From Poseidonia sp. (lineage in GTDB: Archaea; Thermoplasmatota; Poseidoniia; Poseidoniales; Poseidoniaceae): a DNA stretch of 64,000 bases. The DNA lies in NCBI GenBank assembly GCA_022426155.1, contig JAKMEE010000014.1, forward strand, positions 6,207 to 70,206, read 5' to 3'. The notes under the pieces were generated by a model, which was not told the origin of the DNA, ran no database searches, and saw nothing but the letters and a program-made list of their open reading frames with translations. Positions 7,586 through 17,948 of this stretch are shown piece by piece (within the stretch, counting starts at the first letter, position 1; each line of letters begins with the position of its first letter). The position numbers were made by a program, and so were the translations under genes.

Positions 7586-9851
7586 AGTCGCATTATCTGT
7601 CAAGGGCATGACCTGTGCTGCCTGCGTTACCTCTGTGGAAAACGTCGTTTCCAAATTACCTGGCGTCACATCAGTTTCGGTGAATTTGGCCTTGGAAAAA
7701 GCCATCATCACCGTCGAAGATGGCACGGATGTCAGCGTTAAGGCGACGTGTGTCTCAGCGATCTCAAAAGCGGGATTTGAAGCAGAAGACCTGATTCCAG
7801 CCTTGGAAACTCGACGCTTCAACATGGAAGATGTCGTTGCACAACGACGCAAGGTTGCTTGGGCTTTCGGGTTGTCATTCCCAGTCTTCTGGCTATCCAT
7901 GCTAGCCGATGACTTTGGTGACATCGGGGGTTTGAATCAACGTTTGTTACTGGCTTTTGCTGCCTGTTTGCCTGTCTATCTATGGTCGGGGGCTCAATTC
8001 CACCGACGTGCCTGGGCCTCCTTGAGGAACGGCCACACTAACATGGATGTCTTGGTGCATCTGGGTACAACGGTGGCCATGGGTTGGTCCACTTTGGTCA
8101 CCTTTGGCCCAGTACTCTCCTTCCTTCCATCATTTATCGGAGAGGCAGAGCATGTCTTTTTCGACGGTGCTGCCTTTATCATCGCCTTCGTATTGTTGGG
8201 GAATTATCTCGAAGCAAAAGCAAAACTCACCGCCACCGATGCCGTCCATTCACTCATGCGGTTGCAACCCAAAGAAGGGTGGGTCGTGGATGACGATGAC
8301 CGTACAACCGCCCAACCAGTGGACAGTATTGCTCGTGGAACGCTGCTCAAAATCCGTGCTGGCGAAACCATTCCACTCGATGGAAGAGTGGAGCGTCATG
8401 CTGTCACGGTGGATGAATCCATGATGACGGGTGAAGCTTATCCTGTTCCCAAATCAGAGGGAGATGAAGCCGTGGCTGGAACGATTGTCATCAACGGCAC
8501 CCTATACCTGCGCACGACGGCATTGGTGAACGATACCATGCTGGCGAAAGTCATTCAACTCGTGGACGAGGCCCAAATGGGCAAGGCCCCCATTCAACGC
8601 TTGGTGGATCGTATCGCATCCGTCTTCGTTCCCATCGTTATTCTCGCCGCCCTACTCGCTGCATCCATTTGGGCCTTGTTTGGTACCACAATTGCCCCAA
8701 ACATGACGATGCAGCCCTCTGAAATGGCCGTCATGGTTCTTATCTCGACACTTGTCATAGCCTGCCCGTGCGCTCTGGGTTTGGCCACTCCCACCGCCTT
8801 GGTGGTGGGGACTGGAGTAGGGGCTCGTTTTGGTTTACTCATCAAGGGAATTGAGGCTTTAGAACAAAGTCATGCCACCAATGTCGTGGTGGTTGACAAA
8901 ACAGGAACCATCACCGCAGGGAAACCACGCGTGAGTCATATCGAAATGCTTGATGGGGATTTGAGGGAATTGCTGAGCCTTGCTGCCGCCCTAGAAGCAG
9001 AATCAACTCATCCCCTGGCCAACGCCATCATCACCTCCTGGTCCAACGTCACCGACCACCGACCCTCGGTTGAACATGTTCGTACTCTCCCTGGTTTGGG
9101 AATGGTTGGCGTCCTTGACGGTGAAGCGATAGCGGTTGGTAACATCGAATTGATGGGGACGCTCATTGCTGAACTTCCCGGGGACCTTGAGCAAAAAGTG
9201 ACCGAGCGAGCCCGACGCGGTGTCACGGTGGTTTTGGTAGCAAAGGGTTCACGATTGCTAGGTTGGATTGAAGCTAGTGACAGAGTTCGTGAAACATCGG
9301 CACCTGCTATCAAGCGTCTCAAACAGGCTGGCATGACGGTGGTCATGTTGACCGGTGATCGCCCGGAAGTTGCTGCCAGTGTCGCTGACGCTGTAGGTAT
9401 CACTGAATTTGTTGCAGAGGTCAAGCCAGATGAAAAGGCCGAGCACATACGCACCCTTCAGGAAGATGGAGCCATTGTTGCCATGATCGGTGACGGAATC
9501 AACGATGCTGCCGCCCTCACCGTGGCCAATGTCGGTCTTGCCATGGGTGCTGGAAGTCAAATTGCATTGGAAAGCGCGGACATGGTTCTGGTTCGCAATG
9601 ATTTAGCCGATGGTGTAGCGGCTTTGGAACTTGGAAGAGCCACCATGGGGAAAATTCGCACCAACCTTGCATGGGCCTTTGCCTACAATCTCATTGGCAT
9701 TCCGTTGGCAATGGGATTGTTGTTTCCTTGGACTGGTTGGCTTCTGCCTCCAGCCTATGCTGCTGCTGCTATGTCACTTTCATCAGTGAGCGTGGTTAGC
9801 AATTCACTTCTGCTTCGTTGGTGGCGCCCTTCGTTATTGATGAGAGAGTGA
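7572..9851 (+). CDS. copA: Copper-translocating P1B-type ATPase
   Basis: One HMA domain (GMTCAACVTSVE), the CPC transmembrane metal site (ACPCALGLATP), the phosphorylation motif DKTGTIT and the hinge GDGINDA. The start is set at MAVAEVALSVKG; the track ORF starts at 7446. Confidence 0.9.
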   Translation: MAVAEVALSVKGMTCAACVTSVENVVSKLPGVTSVSVNLALEKAIITVEDGTDVSVKATCVSAISKAGFEAEDLIPALETRRFNMEDVVAQRRKVAWAFGLSFPVFWLSMLADDFGDIGGLNQRLLLAFAACLPVYLWSGAQFHRRAWASLRNGHTNMDVLVHLGTTVAMGWSTLVTFGPVLSFLPSFIGEAEHVFFDGAAFIIAFVLLGNYLEAKAKLTATDAVHSLMRLQPKEGWVVDDDDRTTAQPVDSIARGTLLKIRAGETIPLDGRVERHAVTVDESMMTGEAYPVPKSEGDEAVAGTIVINGTLYLRTTALVNDTMLAKVIQLVDEAQMGKAPIQRLVDRIASVFVPIVILAALLAASIWALFGTTIAPNMTMQPSEMAVMVLISTLVIACPCALGLATPTALVVGTGVGARFGLLIKGIEALEQSHATNVVVVDKTGTITAGKPRVSHIEMLDGDLRELLSLAAALEAESTHPLANAIITSWSNVTDHRPSVEHVRTLPGLGMVGVLDGEAIAVGNIELMGTLIAELPGDLEQKVTERARRGVTVVLVAKGSRLLGWIEASDRVRETSAPAIKRLKQAGMTVVMLTGDRPEVAASVADAVGITEFVAEVKPDEKAEHIRTLQEDGAIVAMIGDGINDAAALTVANVGLAMGAGSQIALESADMVLVRNDLADGVAALELGRATMGKIRTNLAWAFAYNLIGIPLAMGLLFPWTGWLLPPAYAAAAMSLSSVSVVSNSLLLRWWRPSLLMRE

Positions 9852-9887
9852 ACAAAGTCATTTGTAAGTGAAGCGGAACGCAGAGAC

Positions 9888-10100
9888 ATGAGCGAAACTA
9901 CCCACACCCTGAGAATTACTGGCATGACTTGTGGCGGATGTTCTGGCCGTGTATTGCGAGTCCTCCAATCCACCCCCGGGGTGTTGCATGCGGAAATCTC
10001 CCACGAGACTGACTCCGGCATCATCACCACCACCGACCAATTGAGCACTCAAGATGTCGTCAATATCGTCGCGTCTACTGGATTTGGCGTAACGGCCTGA
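9888..10100 (+). CDS. copZ: Copper chaperone, HMA domain (CopZ-like)
   Basis: A 70-aa ferredoxin-like HMA fold with GMTCGGCSGRV, immediately downstream of copA. Confidence 0.85.
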   Translation: MSETTHTLRITGMTCGGCSGRVLRVLQSTPGVLHAEISHETDSGIITTTDQLSTQDVVNIVASTGFGVTA

Positions 10101-10140
10101 GCGACGGTTTCAAATCCATTTAGCCACGCCATCAGCCTGC

Positions 10141-10224
10141 GCGGGGGTCGCCCAGCTTGGTCAACGGCGGTGGGTTTAGGTCCCATTCCTTATCGGTTCG
10201 CAGGTTCGAATCCTGCCCCCCGCA
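10141..10224 (+). tRNA. tRNA-Leu (anticodon UAG), long variable arm, no encoded CCA
   Basis: Hand-folded. Acceptor GCGGGGG/CCCCCGC, T arm GCAGG-TTCGAAT-CCTGC, anticodon stem GTGGG/CCCAT with loop TTTAGGT, and a 13-nt variable arm. Confidence 0.85.
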
Positions 10225-10257
10225 TCACTTCTCTATGTGCGGAAGAGAGCCCCGCCA

Positions 10258-10569
10258 CTACAAGGTGCTCATGTACGTAAACCAATAATAACCGAAGAAA
10301 ACCAATACCATTGCAAAAAAAGATGGTAACACCCATTTTCTTTCCGGTGGATGGAGATAATCCTTTGCAGATAGGATTGCGTTGGAGTCTTGGTCAGCCC
10401 CATTGGTTTCTTCGTCTTCGTTTTCTTTCGTTTCAAGGGGTATCGCCGAACCAATCATTGTGGATTCGGGGGTGGATTGGTCAACCTCAGAATCAATCGT
10501 ATCAATCTCTTCAATCTCTTCTTCTTTGAGTGTCTTCTCTTCGTCTTCCGTAGATTCTATATCGCTCAT
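10258..10569 (-). CDS. Highly acidic protein with a C-terminal TM anchor, unknown function
   Basis: D/E-rich N-terminal 70 aa followed by WVLPSFFAMVLVFFGYYWFTYM. Its ATG overlaps the stop of the upstream gene by 4 nt. Confidence 0.5.
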   Translation of the reverse strand: MSDIESTEDEEKTLKEEEIEEIDTIDSEVDQSTPESTMIGSAIPLETKENEDEETNGADQDSNAILSAKDYLHPPERKWVLPSFFAMVLVFFGYYWFTYMSTL

Positions 10570-11927
10570 ACAAACATCACCCCGTAGCCAATCAAGTAGC
10601 CCATCAACAATGTGATCAGGAGATAACTGCCCATTGCGATGTTAACGAAGCGATGCAACCCGTCACCATCGTCGCCTTCAAGTGCCCAATTTGGATTTTC
10701 TTCTCCTTCCATTGGCTGCATGGCCGCCATGATTTTTCGTTCAATCTCAAACGCCAATAAGGCTCCGAGGAAGAAACCAGAAAGTAACTGGGGCACCCCA
10801 AGCATCGGTTGGAGGATTTCCGTCACCACTGACATAGCACCGGCCAACGCCATGATGGTCATGGCACGGCTCAATCGAGGGGCGTGGTCAATATGCACCA
10901 TACCAAACCGAACGGCCAAGAACAGAACGATGAGGGGTCTTGCGAGGGACTGCATTGTACCGTGCGTTAGAAGAGAGAATGAAGCTCCAAAGGAGGCCTC
11001 GTCAACAAATATGGAAACAACACCGTAGTCGGGTGCATCACCGCCGTAAATGAGATGGTTGACCACACCAAGCGCGAGAAACGTGAAGATAATGCCGCCC
11101 AGCAAAGCAGAACCTCGGTTCTTGAGGTAAATGACGGAACCCACTGAGAGCACCAACAGAGGGAAGACCATCATGCCCAACTCAAAGCGTGTGATAAGGT
11201 CGGCAACGATGTTCAACCCACCTTTTTCATAACCCCCATCCCAGTAGAACATCCCACCTTCAGTGAAGATGCCCATGAAGTCAAACCAGTTCTTCCCACA
11301 CCAGAGGATCACGCCCATCACGGCGAATAATCCGGCTCGATCAGTGAAGCTCTCAAGGCGGGTTTCAGCACCCTCTGGTGATGAAAGGTAATTCCACGCC
11401 AGATAGGTCATGTAGAGCACCATGACGCTAGGGAGAGTTGACCAGATCGGCCAGAACATCACATAGTCGAGCGAGGCCGTTGGAGCGCCCCATGTGTAGT
11501 AGGTTTCCCAAAGGAACAACCCCAACAAACCAATTACACCGATTTTGAAGTGGTTGGCGTTCTTGACCACTGGCATCGGCATGATGAGGGCTGTCGCAAA
11601 GAAGCCGAGGATGGCAACCTTCCACAGACCTTCTTCAAAGATGGTTCCCATCGTGTCCTTTTCGGTCATGACCCAATCCGCACCGCCCCAACTTTCGTAG
11701 AGCAGCACGTCGATGAGAGGAAGGTTCCATTCTGGCAGGAATTGCATCAGGTGCATGAAAGCATGACAGACCAGGAACCAACACATCATGCTGGCCCCCA
11801 TTTTTTGTACCCAAGTGCGTTTGTCCTTCTTCTTGTGAAGGTAGAGTATAAACATCAAAACCAAGATGTCGAGAAGAAAACCAACCGTTGAAATTGCCTC
11901 AGCCATTAGCCAGCAACCTTGCTTCAA
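10566..11927 (-). CDS. Polytopic membrane protein, unknown function
   Basis: 453 aa with at least 12 predicted hydrophobic helices. Translationally coupled to the 10258 gene. No family was recognised. Confidence 0.6.
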   Translation of the reverse strand: MKQGCWLMAEAISTVGFLLDILVLMFILYLHKKKDKRTWVQKMGASMMCWFLVCHAFMHLMQFLPEWNLPLIDVLLYESWGGADWVMTEKDTMGTIFEEGLWKVAILGFFATALIMPMPVVKNANHFKIGVIGLLGLFLWETYYTWGAPTASLDYVMFWPIWSTLPSVMVLYMTYLAWNYLSSPEGAETRLESFTDRAGLFAVMGVILWCGKNWFDFMGIFTEGGMFYWDGGYEKGGLNIVADLITRFELGMMVFPLLVLSVGSVIYLKNRGSALLGGIIFTFLALGVVNHLIYGGDAPDYGVVSIFVDEASFGASFSLLTHGTMQSLARPLIVLFLAVRFGMVHIDHAPRLSRAMTIMALAGAMSVVTEILQPMLGVPQLLSGFFLGALLAFEIERKIMAAMQPMEGEENPNWALEGDDGDGLHRFVNIAMGSYLLITLLMGYLIGYGVMFV

Positions 11928-12011
11928 GGTTTTATCATTTCTTCCGGATTATGATAGAATAACTATGTATTTCATACCTCTTTTTGGACTCCATGTTTCA
12001 AAGAAGCATTC

Positions 12012-13250
12012 ATGGTATTGCGACATCAGGGCAACCTCATGCAACGCCCCTCCCGAAGTGACCTTGCCGTCCATTGGGGCTTGAACCCCGATTGTGTTTT
12101 TCTTAACCACGGTTCGTTCGGTGCGACGCCGAGTAAAATCACTCAGGAACAACGTGGTTGGCAAGACCTCCTCGAATTTGAACCCGTGTACTTCTACATG
12201 GTTGAAGCGATTGAGCCGATGGTCAAAGCACGTAATGCTTTGTCGAAAATGCTCTCTTGCGACCCTGATGATTTGGCCTTGATTGAAAATGCTACAACAG
12301 GCGTGAACACCGTATTACGGTCGCTGACATTCAACAAAGGAGATGAAATCCTTGTCCCAGACCATGCCTATCAGGCCTGCAGAAACAGTTTGGATTATGT
12401 TGCAAAGCGCTGGGGCGCCAAGGTGGTCACCGTTGCCATCCCTTTCCCCATCGCAGGCCCGCATATCGTCATGGATGCAATGATGGCAGCTGTAACCCCC
12501 GCCACCGTGTTAGCCATGATTGATACTGTCACGAGCCCTACTGGGTTGAGAATGCCCTTTGAGCAACTCACAAATGCCTTAGAGAGGAAAGGCGTGCGAG
12601 TACTATTGGATGCTGCTCACGGCATTGGAATGGTACCACTTTCTCTCGATGAATTGGGAGCATCATACACAACCAGCAACAACCATAAGTGGTTGTGTGC
12701 ACCGAAAGGATCCGCTTTCCTTCATGTACGCAAAGATCGTCAACATGACATCCACCCACTCACCATCAGTCATGGAATGACCTTTCCTCTTGGTGGTATG
12801 ACTCGGTTTCGACACGAATTTGACTGGACTGGGACGCGGGACCTCTCCGCCCATTGCACCATACCAGCTACCATCGATTTCATGGCGGGATTGTTGGAAG
12901 GCGGATGGCCAGCCATCATGCAGCACAACCATGATCTGGCTATCCAAGGTCGTAATATTTTGTGTGATGCTCTCAACATTGAACCACCCTGCCCAGATGA
13001 AATGATTGCTTGCATCTCCACTCTTCTCCTGCCTCCCAACGAACACACCAATTCTGTTTCAAGCCATGAATTTGATCCATTGCAAACAATCCTTCGAGAA
13101 AAATACGGCATCCAGGTTCCCGTTTGGACTTGGGAGTCACCAAAGGGCCGCTATGTCCGTATTTCCGCTCAACTTTACAATAACGAAGAAGAATACCATT
13201 ATCTGGCATTCGCCCTCAAACAAGAATTAGCGTTCGAAAGAAACGTATGA
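12012..13250 (+). CDS. PLP-dependent class-V aminotransferase family enzyme (isopenicillin-N-epimerase/cysteine-desulfurase-like)
   Basis: LNHGSFGATP near the N-terminus, DAAHGIG, and the PLP-lysine context SNNHKWLCAPKGSAFLHV. The start could instead be Met9 (12036). Confidence 0.7.
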   Translation: MVLRHQGNLMQRPSRSDLAVHWGLNPDCVFLNHGSFGATPSKITQEQRGWQDLLEFEPVYFYMVEAIEPMVKARNALSKMLSCDPDDLALIENATTGVNTVLRSLTFNKGDEILVPDHAYQACRNSLDYVAKRWGAKVVTVAIPFPIAGPHIVMDAMMAAVTPATVLAMIDTVTSPTGLRMPFEQLTNALERKGVRVLLDAAHGIGMVPLSLDELGASYTTSNNHKWLCAPKGSAFLHVRKDRQHDIHPLTISHGMTFPLGGMTRFRHEFDWTGTRDLSAHCTIPATIDFMAGLLEGGWPAIMQHNHDLAIQGRNILCDALNIEPPCPDEMIACISTLLLPPNEHTNSVSSHEFDPLQTILREKYGIQVPVWTWESPKGRYVRISAQLYNNEEEYHYLAFALKQELAFERNV

Positions 13251-13360
13251 GCACTGCATTGTTCATCTTGAAACCAAAAAAATTCTCATTATCTGGTTAA
13301 AAATTTATTCAATCGGCAAGATTGGAAATGAATTTATAGTCACGCATTCCGTTTACAACC

Positions 13361-14281
13361 ATGCAGCCCGCTCCTGACCCTCCAAGTTACAACCCCTATT
13401 CGCCGCAAGGGCAACCTCAACAGGCAGCGGCACCCATGCCAACATATGCTGCTCCTCAACAAATGAACCAACAGCCCACGTTCGCTCCCGCAGCGACTCA
13501 GGCACCAAATGTGATGCCAGGTTTCAGTGGCGCCACTCACCAAAAGGACCATTTTCAAAAAACCAGAAGTAAAGTGAGCATTGGCTTAATCCAACTCATT
13601 GTTCTCCTGTTTACCACCTTACTTCTTTCCTCAGGTTCAACCTATTTCTTGATGGGAGGGGCTTTGTTTTCTGATTCAACGCCAAGTGAGTATGAGGGAA
13701 AATGGTATACGGGAAGTGCAGAGAACCACATGTGGTTCGCGGATGATGGCGAAATGCTCGAGTGGGATGAACCTCGCTTTTCCTGCATTTCAGGCGGCAA
13801 CGTTCCAGCCGACTATGTCAATGACGATGATGACGATTGTCCAGACGGTAGTGATGAAGGGACAAAAGCAGCAGATTCGTTTAATCCCTCCCGAACATGG
13901 ATCTCGGCTGGAAATGGCTATGGTGATGAGGACGGATGGAGCTTCTCTCAGACTTGGGCTGTTGAGGATGACCGGTTATGTATCAAAATTTCCGGTTCAT
14001 CATCTTCAGCGAGCATGGAAAGAGCATCATGCATGCAGGCTGAAATTGTTGGCGAGGCCCTCTGGGTTGCCGAAGGCACTGACAATGATGGAGTGTTGGA
14101 ATGCGAAGTCGCTCTAGGTTTAGGTGGGCGGGAAAGTGGCCCAATGGAATACTCAAGCGCTTGGGTTGATACCTGGAACTTTGCACTGGAAGATGCCTAT
14201 CCCGCACGCCCTAGTTTTTGTACTGCAACCACGTTTAATGAACTGAAACAGAATTATGATGACGAATATTACTACTACTGA
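13361..14281 (+). CDS. Type-II-like membrane protein: P/Q-rich N-terminus, one TM helix, and an ectodomain with an LDLa-like acidic Cys module
   Basis: N-terminus MQPAPDPPSYNPYSPQGQPQQ..., TM helix IGLIQLIVLLFTTLLLS, then FSCISGGNVPADYVNDDDDDCPDGSDEG. The C-terminus is DDEYYYY. Confidence 0.6.
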   Translation: MQPAPDPPSYNPYSPQGQPQQAAAPMPTYAAPQQMNQQPTFAPAATQAPNVMPGFSGATHQKDHFQKTRSKVSIGLIQLIVLLFTTLLLSSGSTYFLMGGALFSDSTPSEYEGKWYTGSAENHMWFADDGEMLEWDEPRFSCISGGNVPADYVNDDDDDCPDGSDEGTKAADSFNPSRTWISAGNGYGDEDGWSFSQTWAVEDDRLCIKISGSSSSASMERASCMQAEIVGEALWVAEGTDNDGVLECEVALGLGGRESGPMEYSSAWVDTWNFALEDAYPARPSFCTATTFNELKQNYDDEYYYY

Positions 14282-14357
14282 ATGAAGAATGTTCTTCGTA
14301 GGAAAATTCACACGACCGTTTGGGCGAGAGATGAGATCCACTCAAACAACTAAATGC

Positions 14358-14720
14358 TCATCGCCCAAGGACTTTGAAAAAGAGAAACGGAACGAACATG
14401 ACCAAGATGCCGACGACCCAAATTAACATTGGAATGAACATCCACAAATTTCCGTAAGGTCCAGTTTCAAATCCATTTATCAAGAATAATCCAATGAAGA
14501 CGACCAAGCCAATAGCATTGATGACAATTCCTACTTTTGCTGAGCCACTTGCAGAATACTTCCACCATTGCATCAGGGGCCCCTCATATTCATCCTGCCC
14601 TTGATCTTGTTCAACACCCCATTCAAACTCCCCATTGCAATGGGGACAATCAAATAATCCTGAAGACCCGTCTTCTAACTCAATATCTTCAACACAATGG
14701 GGACATTGGATGAGGGTCAC
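14358..14720 (-). CDS. Zinc-ribbon (CPHC...CPHC) membrane protein
   Basis: MTLIQCPHCVEDIELEDGSSGLFDCPHCNGEFEW followed by three hydrophobic helices. Confidence 0.6.
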   Translation of the reverse strand: MTLIQCPHCVEDIELEDGSSGLFDCPHCNGEFEWGVEQDQGQDEYEGPLMQWWKYSASGSAKVGIVINAIGLVVFIGLFLINGFETGPYGNLWMFIPMLIWVVGILVMFVPFLFFKVLGR

Positions 14721-14828
14721 AGTCTCTCCAACACCTGCGAAAAGATAAGGGTTGAGTCTCGAACACCGGACAAAATTGAGTGGATTGTTAAAACATCAGT
14801 TCAAAAACGAACGCACCGACCAACGCCC

Positions 14829-17800
14829 ATGAGTGAGGTCTTCAATCGTCTATCAGATTGGCTCCTCGCACGACGAAATAAGGTCCATGTAGCCGTGTTT
14901 TTACTCACTTTATTGATGATTCCCGGAGCCATGACCGCGCTCCAACCCATCGATATGGAATCCTATGAAATGGAATCTCCAGAATTATCAGCTCAAACCA
15001 TCATCAACGAAGACTTTCCCAATTCAGAAATCATTCTCGGGTTCTTGGTTTCAGCGCGAGACCCAGCAAACGTCCCGCCGCTCAATGAGTGGCAGCCTGT
15101 GCCGCGAATGTCGGACGGAGCACCTGATTATGCCTCACTGGTCCCGGTTTCCGAGATGTTGGCTGCTGGCGAACCGTGGGGTGGTATTGAAGCCCCAACT
15201 GGCGGAATACTCAACCTAACCATTCTGCAAGAAATCGACAGTAAAATCAACCTCGTTGACGAACATGCATTGGCTCCTGCGCTCAAACCATTGGTCAACG
15301 ATGTGACTGGCCACCAAGCCCCCGGGGCCATTTCACTTTCCGACCATTTTAGAGGTTTCATGAATGGAACCTCTATCCTGACTCAACCCGGCTTGACGGC
15401 GGTGGGCGTGGTCACCTCCCCCCCCACGAATTGGTCAGATTGTTTTCCGCTGGATTGTTTGACATTTGATGACCCGAACATCACCCAAGCACATATCGAC
15501 ATGGCAGCAGGGAGGATGGCCGACGCATCAAACAATAATTTCCTCCGTTGGCTCTCACTTGACCGCGGATTCAAAGCAGACTACACCGCCTTCCAAGAAG
15601 GCCCCATAGGAGGGAGCCTCAATGGAGATGGGTCTTGGGAGAATGCCTTGTGGGGACGAGGGCGTTGGACGGCTTCATCCACCTGGTTGTTGGTTCAATT
15701 GGACAGCACCAAATTGGAATCGATGGGATGGGAGGTAGTTTGGAAAGAAGCCCATCAAGAAAAATCCCTTTCCTACGATGAAGAGGGGTTCAAGGTTGGA
15801 GGTTATCGGCTCGTGGATGGGTCTCTGGTTCTTCACCCCCCTCAATACTCTGAAGACCAATGTCAGGATTTGATGGCTGAAGGTGGTGGATGTGCAACTG
15901 AATGGTCATTTATGGACCTTGAAGGGCATCTACGAAGTCATGACCGAACAACGGTTACCCTACTTCTCGGCCAAGGAGTGAACGTTGAAGTTAACCGAGA
16001 ATTGCAATCCAGCGCTGGCCTCATCGTCCTCATGGGATTCTGTATTGTGGCCCTTCTCTACGTCAGTCTCCGCCGTCTTTCCGATGTAGCCATCGTCATG
16101 GTTGCGTTGGGTGCAGCCCTGCTGTGGATGCAAGGACTGATCGGACATTTTGCCAATTTCACTGGTTTCTTTGGATTGAGTTTAATCGCTCGTTCCCAAT
16201 TCTCCAACCTGCTCCCCATCCTTGTTCTCGCTTTGGGTATCGACGATGCGCTTCACGCACTTCACCGATACAAGGAAGAGCGAAGAAAAGGGAAAACATC
16301 ACACCAAGCCGGTGGCATCACGCTCGCTCGGGTTGGGCGGGCCATTACCCTGACCTCCATCACCACTATGGCTGCTTTTGCTGCGAACCTCTTTTCCGAC
16401 ATTGCCGCCCTTCGTTCCTTTGGAATCGAAGCGGCTTTGGGCATCCTCGCGGCCTTCCTCCTGACAGGGTTGTGGGCTCCCATCATTCGGGTGAGTGTGG
16501 ACGACTGGTTGGAGGAGCGAGCAAAGAAAAAACAGATGAAGAGCGTTACACCTTTGGTCAATCCAGACTGGTTGCGCAATGTCACTCTTCAGTCCGGTCA
16601 GCGTACAAATGCCCTCATCATCGCAGCAGTAGCGCTTCTTGTAACCATACCTGCCGCTTACGGAATGGCTCAACTAGAGGGTGATTTCGCAGTCGAGGAT
16701 TTCCTTGATGAACGGTCTGATTTTGCCATCGGTGTTGACCAAATCGCAAAACGGTTTGCCGATGAAGGCGAACCCGCAAATCTGCTCATCATGGGTGATG
16801 TCTTGGACCCCGATGTCTTTGCTGCCATCGATGAATTCCGACAAGAAATGGATGCTCTTCCCAAGGGCGTTCCAGACAAAATCACCCGACAACCCGACGG
16901 TACCATCGACATTCTTGCCTTGGATGAGATGGTTTTTGCCGCACAAGGTTCTCTGGTGCTTAATTCCACTCCGTTTGAAGCAGCTGGATGGCAACCAGGT
17001 GTCGAAGGCCACGGGATGAATTGTTCAGTGGCAGGAAATGGCCCCTTATTGGACACCACCGACCGAGATTGTTTGGCCTTCTTCTACGGGTTCCTTTCTC
17101 TCAACGGCGTCCCAGGTATCGGACCAATTCCCGACATTCCTGCTAGCATTGTACAGCTCTACATCATGCCCGTGCAATCCCTTGACCCCAACCGCCCATG
17201 GCTTGACGTCAACGGTCAACCCGCCGCCTATGACAAAATGCAAATTCGTTTTGGCATGACTGCCCCCGAAGATTTCCCAGGGATGGCTGGGGGCGTGGAA
17301 GAGATATGGCGCGATCTCACCGTGTTTACCAATCTCTCCAGTGGCACCTACGAAGAACAAGGGGGCGAAGAAGAGGATAAGCCGCTCACTTGGGTGATGC
17401 TTACAGGTCGTCCGATCACCCGGTTTTCAGCCTCGACTGCCATGCAGGATGAAATGCAATCTTCACTCATCCTCGGCTCCGTCTTTGTCTTCGGTTGCTT
17501 GACCGTTGGGTTCCGCTCGCCCAAGCAAGCTGCAGTCACCTTCGTACCCATTCTTCTCGTCGTGGTATGGCTCTACGGACTGATGTACGTCGCTGGCGCA
17601 TCGCTCAACATTGTAACCGTGACCATTGCCACCATTTCTCTGGGAGTTGGCATTGACTATTGCATTCACGTCACGGAACGGTACAGGGAAGAGCGCGAGG
17701 GTGGGGCCTCACATAACGACGCCTTGGCGGCCGTTGGCGGTGCGTGCGGATTGGCACTGCTTGGTTCTGCCAGTTCCGATATCGCAGGTTTTGCCGTTAT

Positions 17801-17948
17801 CGCTCTCTCACCAATGGGATTGTTCAGTAATTTCGGAATCTTTTCTGCCGCCATGATCGCTCTTTCTCTTCTGGCAAGCCTCATCCTTACAACTGCAGCG
17901 CTTGGTTTAATTGCGCCCGCCCCCACCTCAGTTCCTGAGGAAGAGTAA
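14829..17948 (+). CDS. MMPL/RND-superfamily exporter (two 6-TM bundles with large extracytoplasmic loops)
   Basis: Duplicated post-TM motifs GIDDALHALHRYKEER and GVGIDYCIHVTERYREER. The start is set at MSEVFNRLSDW (ATG 14829) to avoid overlap with the divergent gene. Confidence 0.8.
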   Translation: MSEVFNRLSDWLLARRNKVHVAVFLLTLLMIPGAMTALQPIDMESYEMESPELSAQTIINEDFPNSEIILGFLVSARDPANVPPLNEWQPVPRMSDGAPDYASLVPVSEMLAAGEPWGGIEAPTGGILNLTILQEIDSKINLVDEHALAPALKPLVNDVTGHQAPGAISLSDHFRGFMNGTSILTQPGLTAVGVVTSPPTNWSDCFPLDCLTFDDPNITQAHIDMAAGRMADASNNNFLRWLSLDRGFKADYTAFQEGPIGGSLNGDGSWENALWGRGRWTASSTWLLVQLDSTKLESMGWEVVWKEAHQEKSLSYDEEGFKVGGYRLVDGSLVLHPPQYSEDQCQDLMAEGGGCATEWSFMDLEGHLRSHDRTTVTLLLGQGVNVEVNRELQSSAGLIVLMGFCIVALLYVSLRRLSDVAIVMVALGAALLWMQGLIGHFANFTGFFGLSLIARSQFSNLLPILVLALGIDDALHALHRYKEERRKGKTSHQAGGITLARVGRAITLTSITTMAAFAANLFSDIAALRSFGIEAALGILAAFLLTGLWAPIIRVSVDDWLEERAKKKQMKSVTPLVNPDWLRNVTLQSGQRTNALIIAAVALLVTIPAAYGMAQLEGDFAVEDFLDERSDFAIGVDQIAKRFADEGEPANLLIMGDVLDPDVFAAIDEFRQEMDALPKGVPDKITRQPDGTIDILALDEMVFAAQGSLVLNSTPFEAAGWQPGVEGHGMNCSVAGNGPLLDTTDRDCLAFFYGFLSLNGVPGIGPIPDIPASIVQLYIMPVQSLDPNRPWLDVNGQPAAYDKMQIRFGMTAPEDFPGMAGGVEEIWRDLTVFTNLSSGTYEEQGGEEEDKPLTWVMLTGRPITRFSASTAMQDEMQSSLILGSVFVFGCLTVGFRSPKQAAVTFVPILLVVVWLYGLMYVAGASLNIVTVTIATISLGVGIDYCIHVTERYREEREGGASHNDALAAVGGACGLALLGSASSDIAGFAVIALSPMGLFSNFGIFSAAMIALSLLASLILTTAALGLIAPAPTSVPEEE

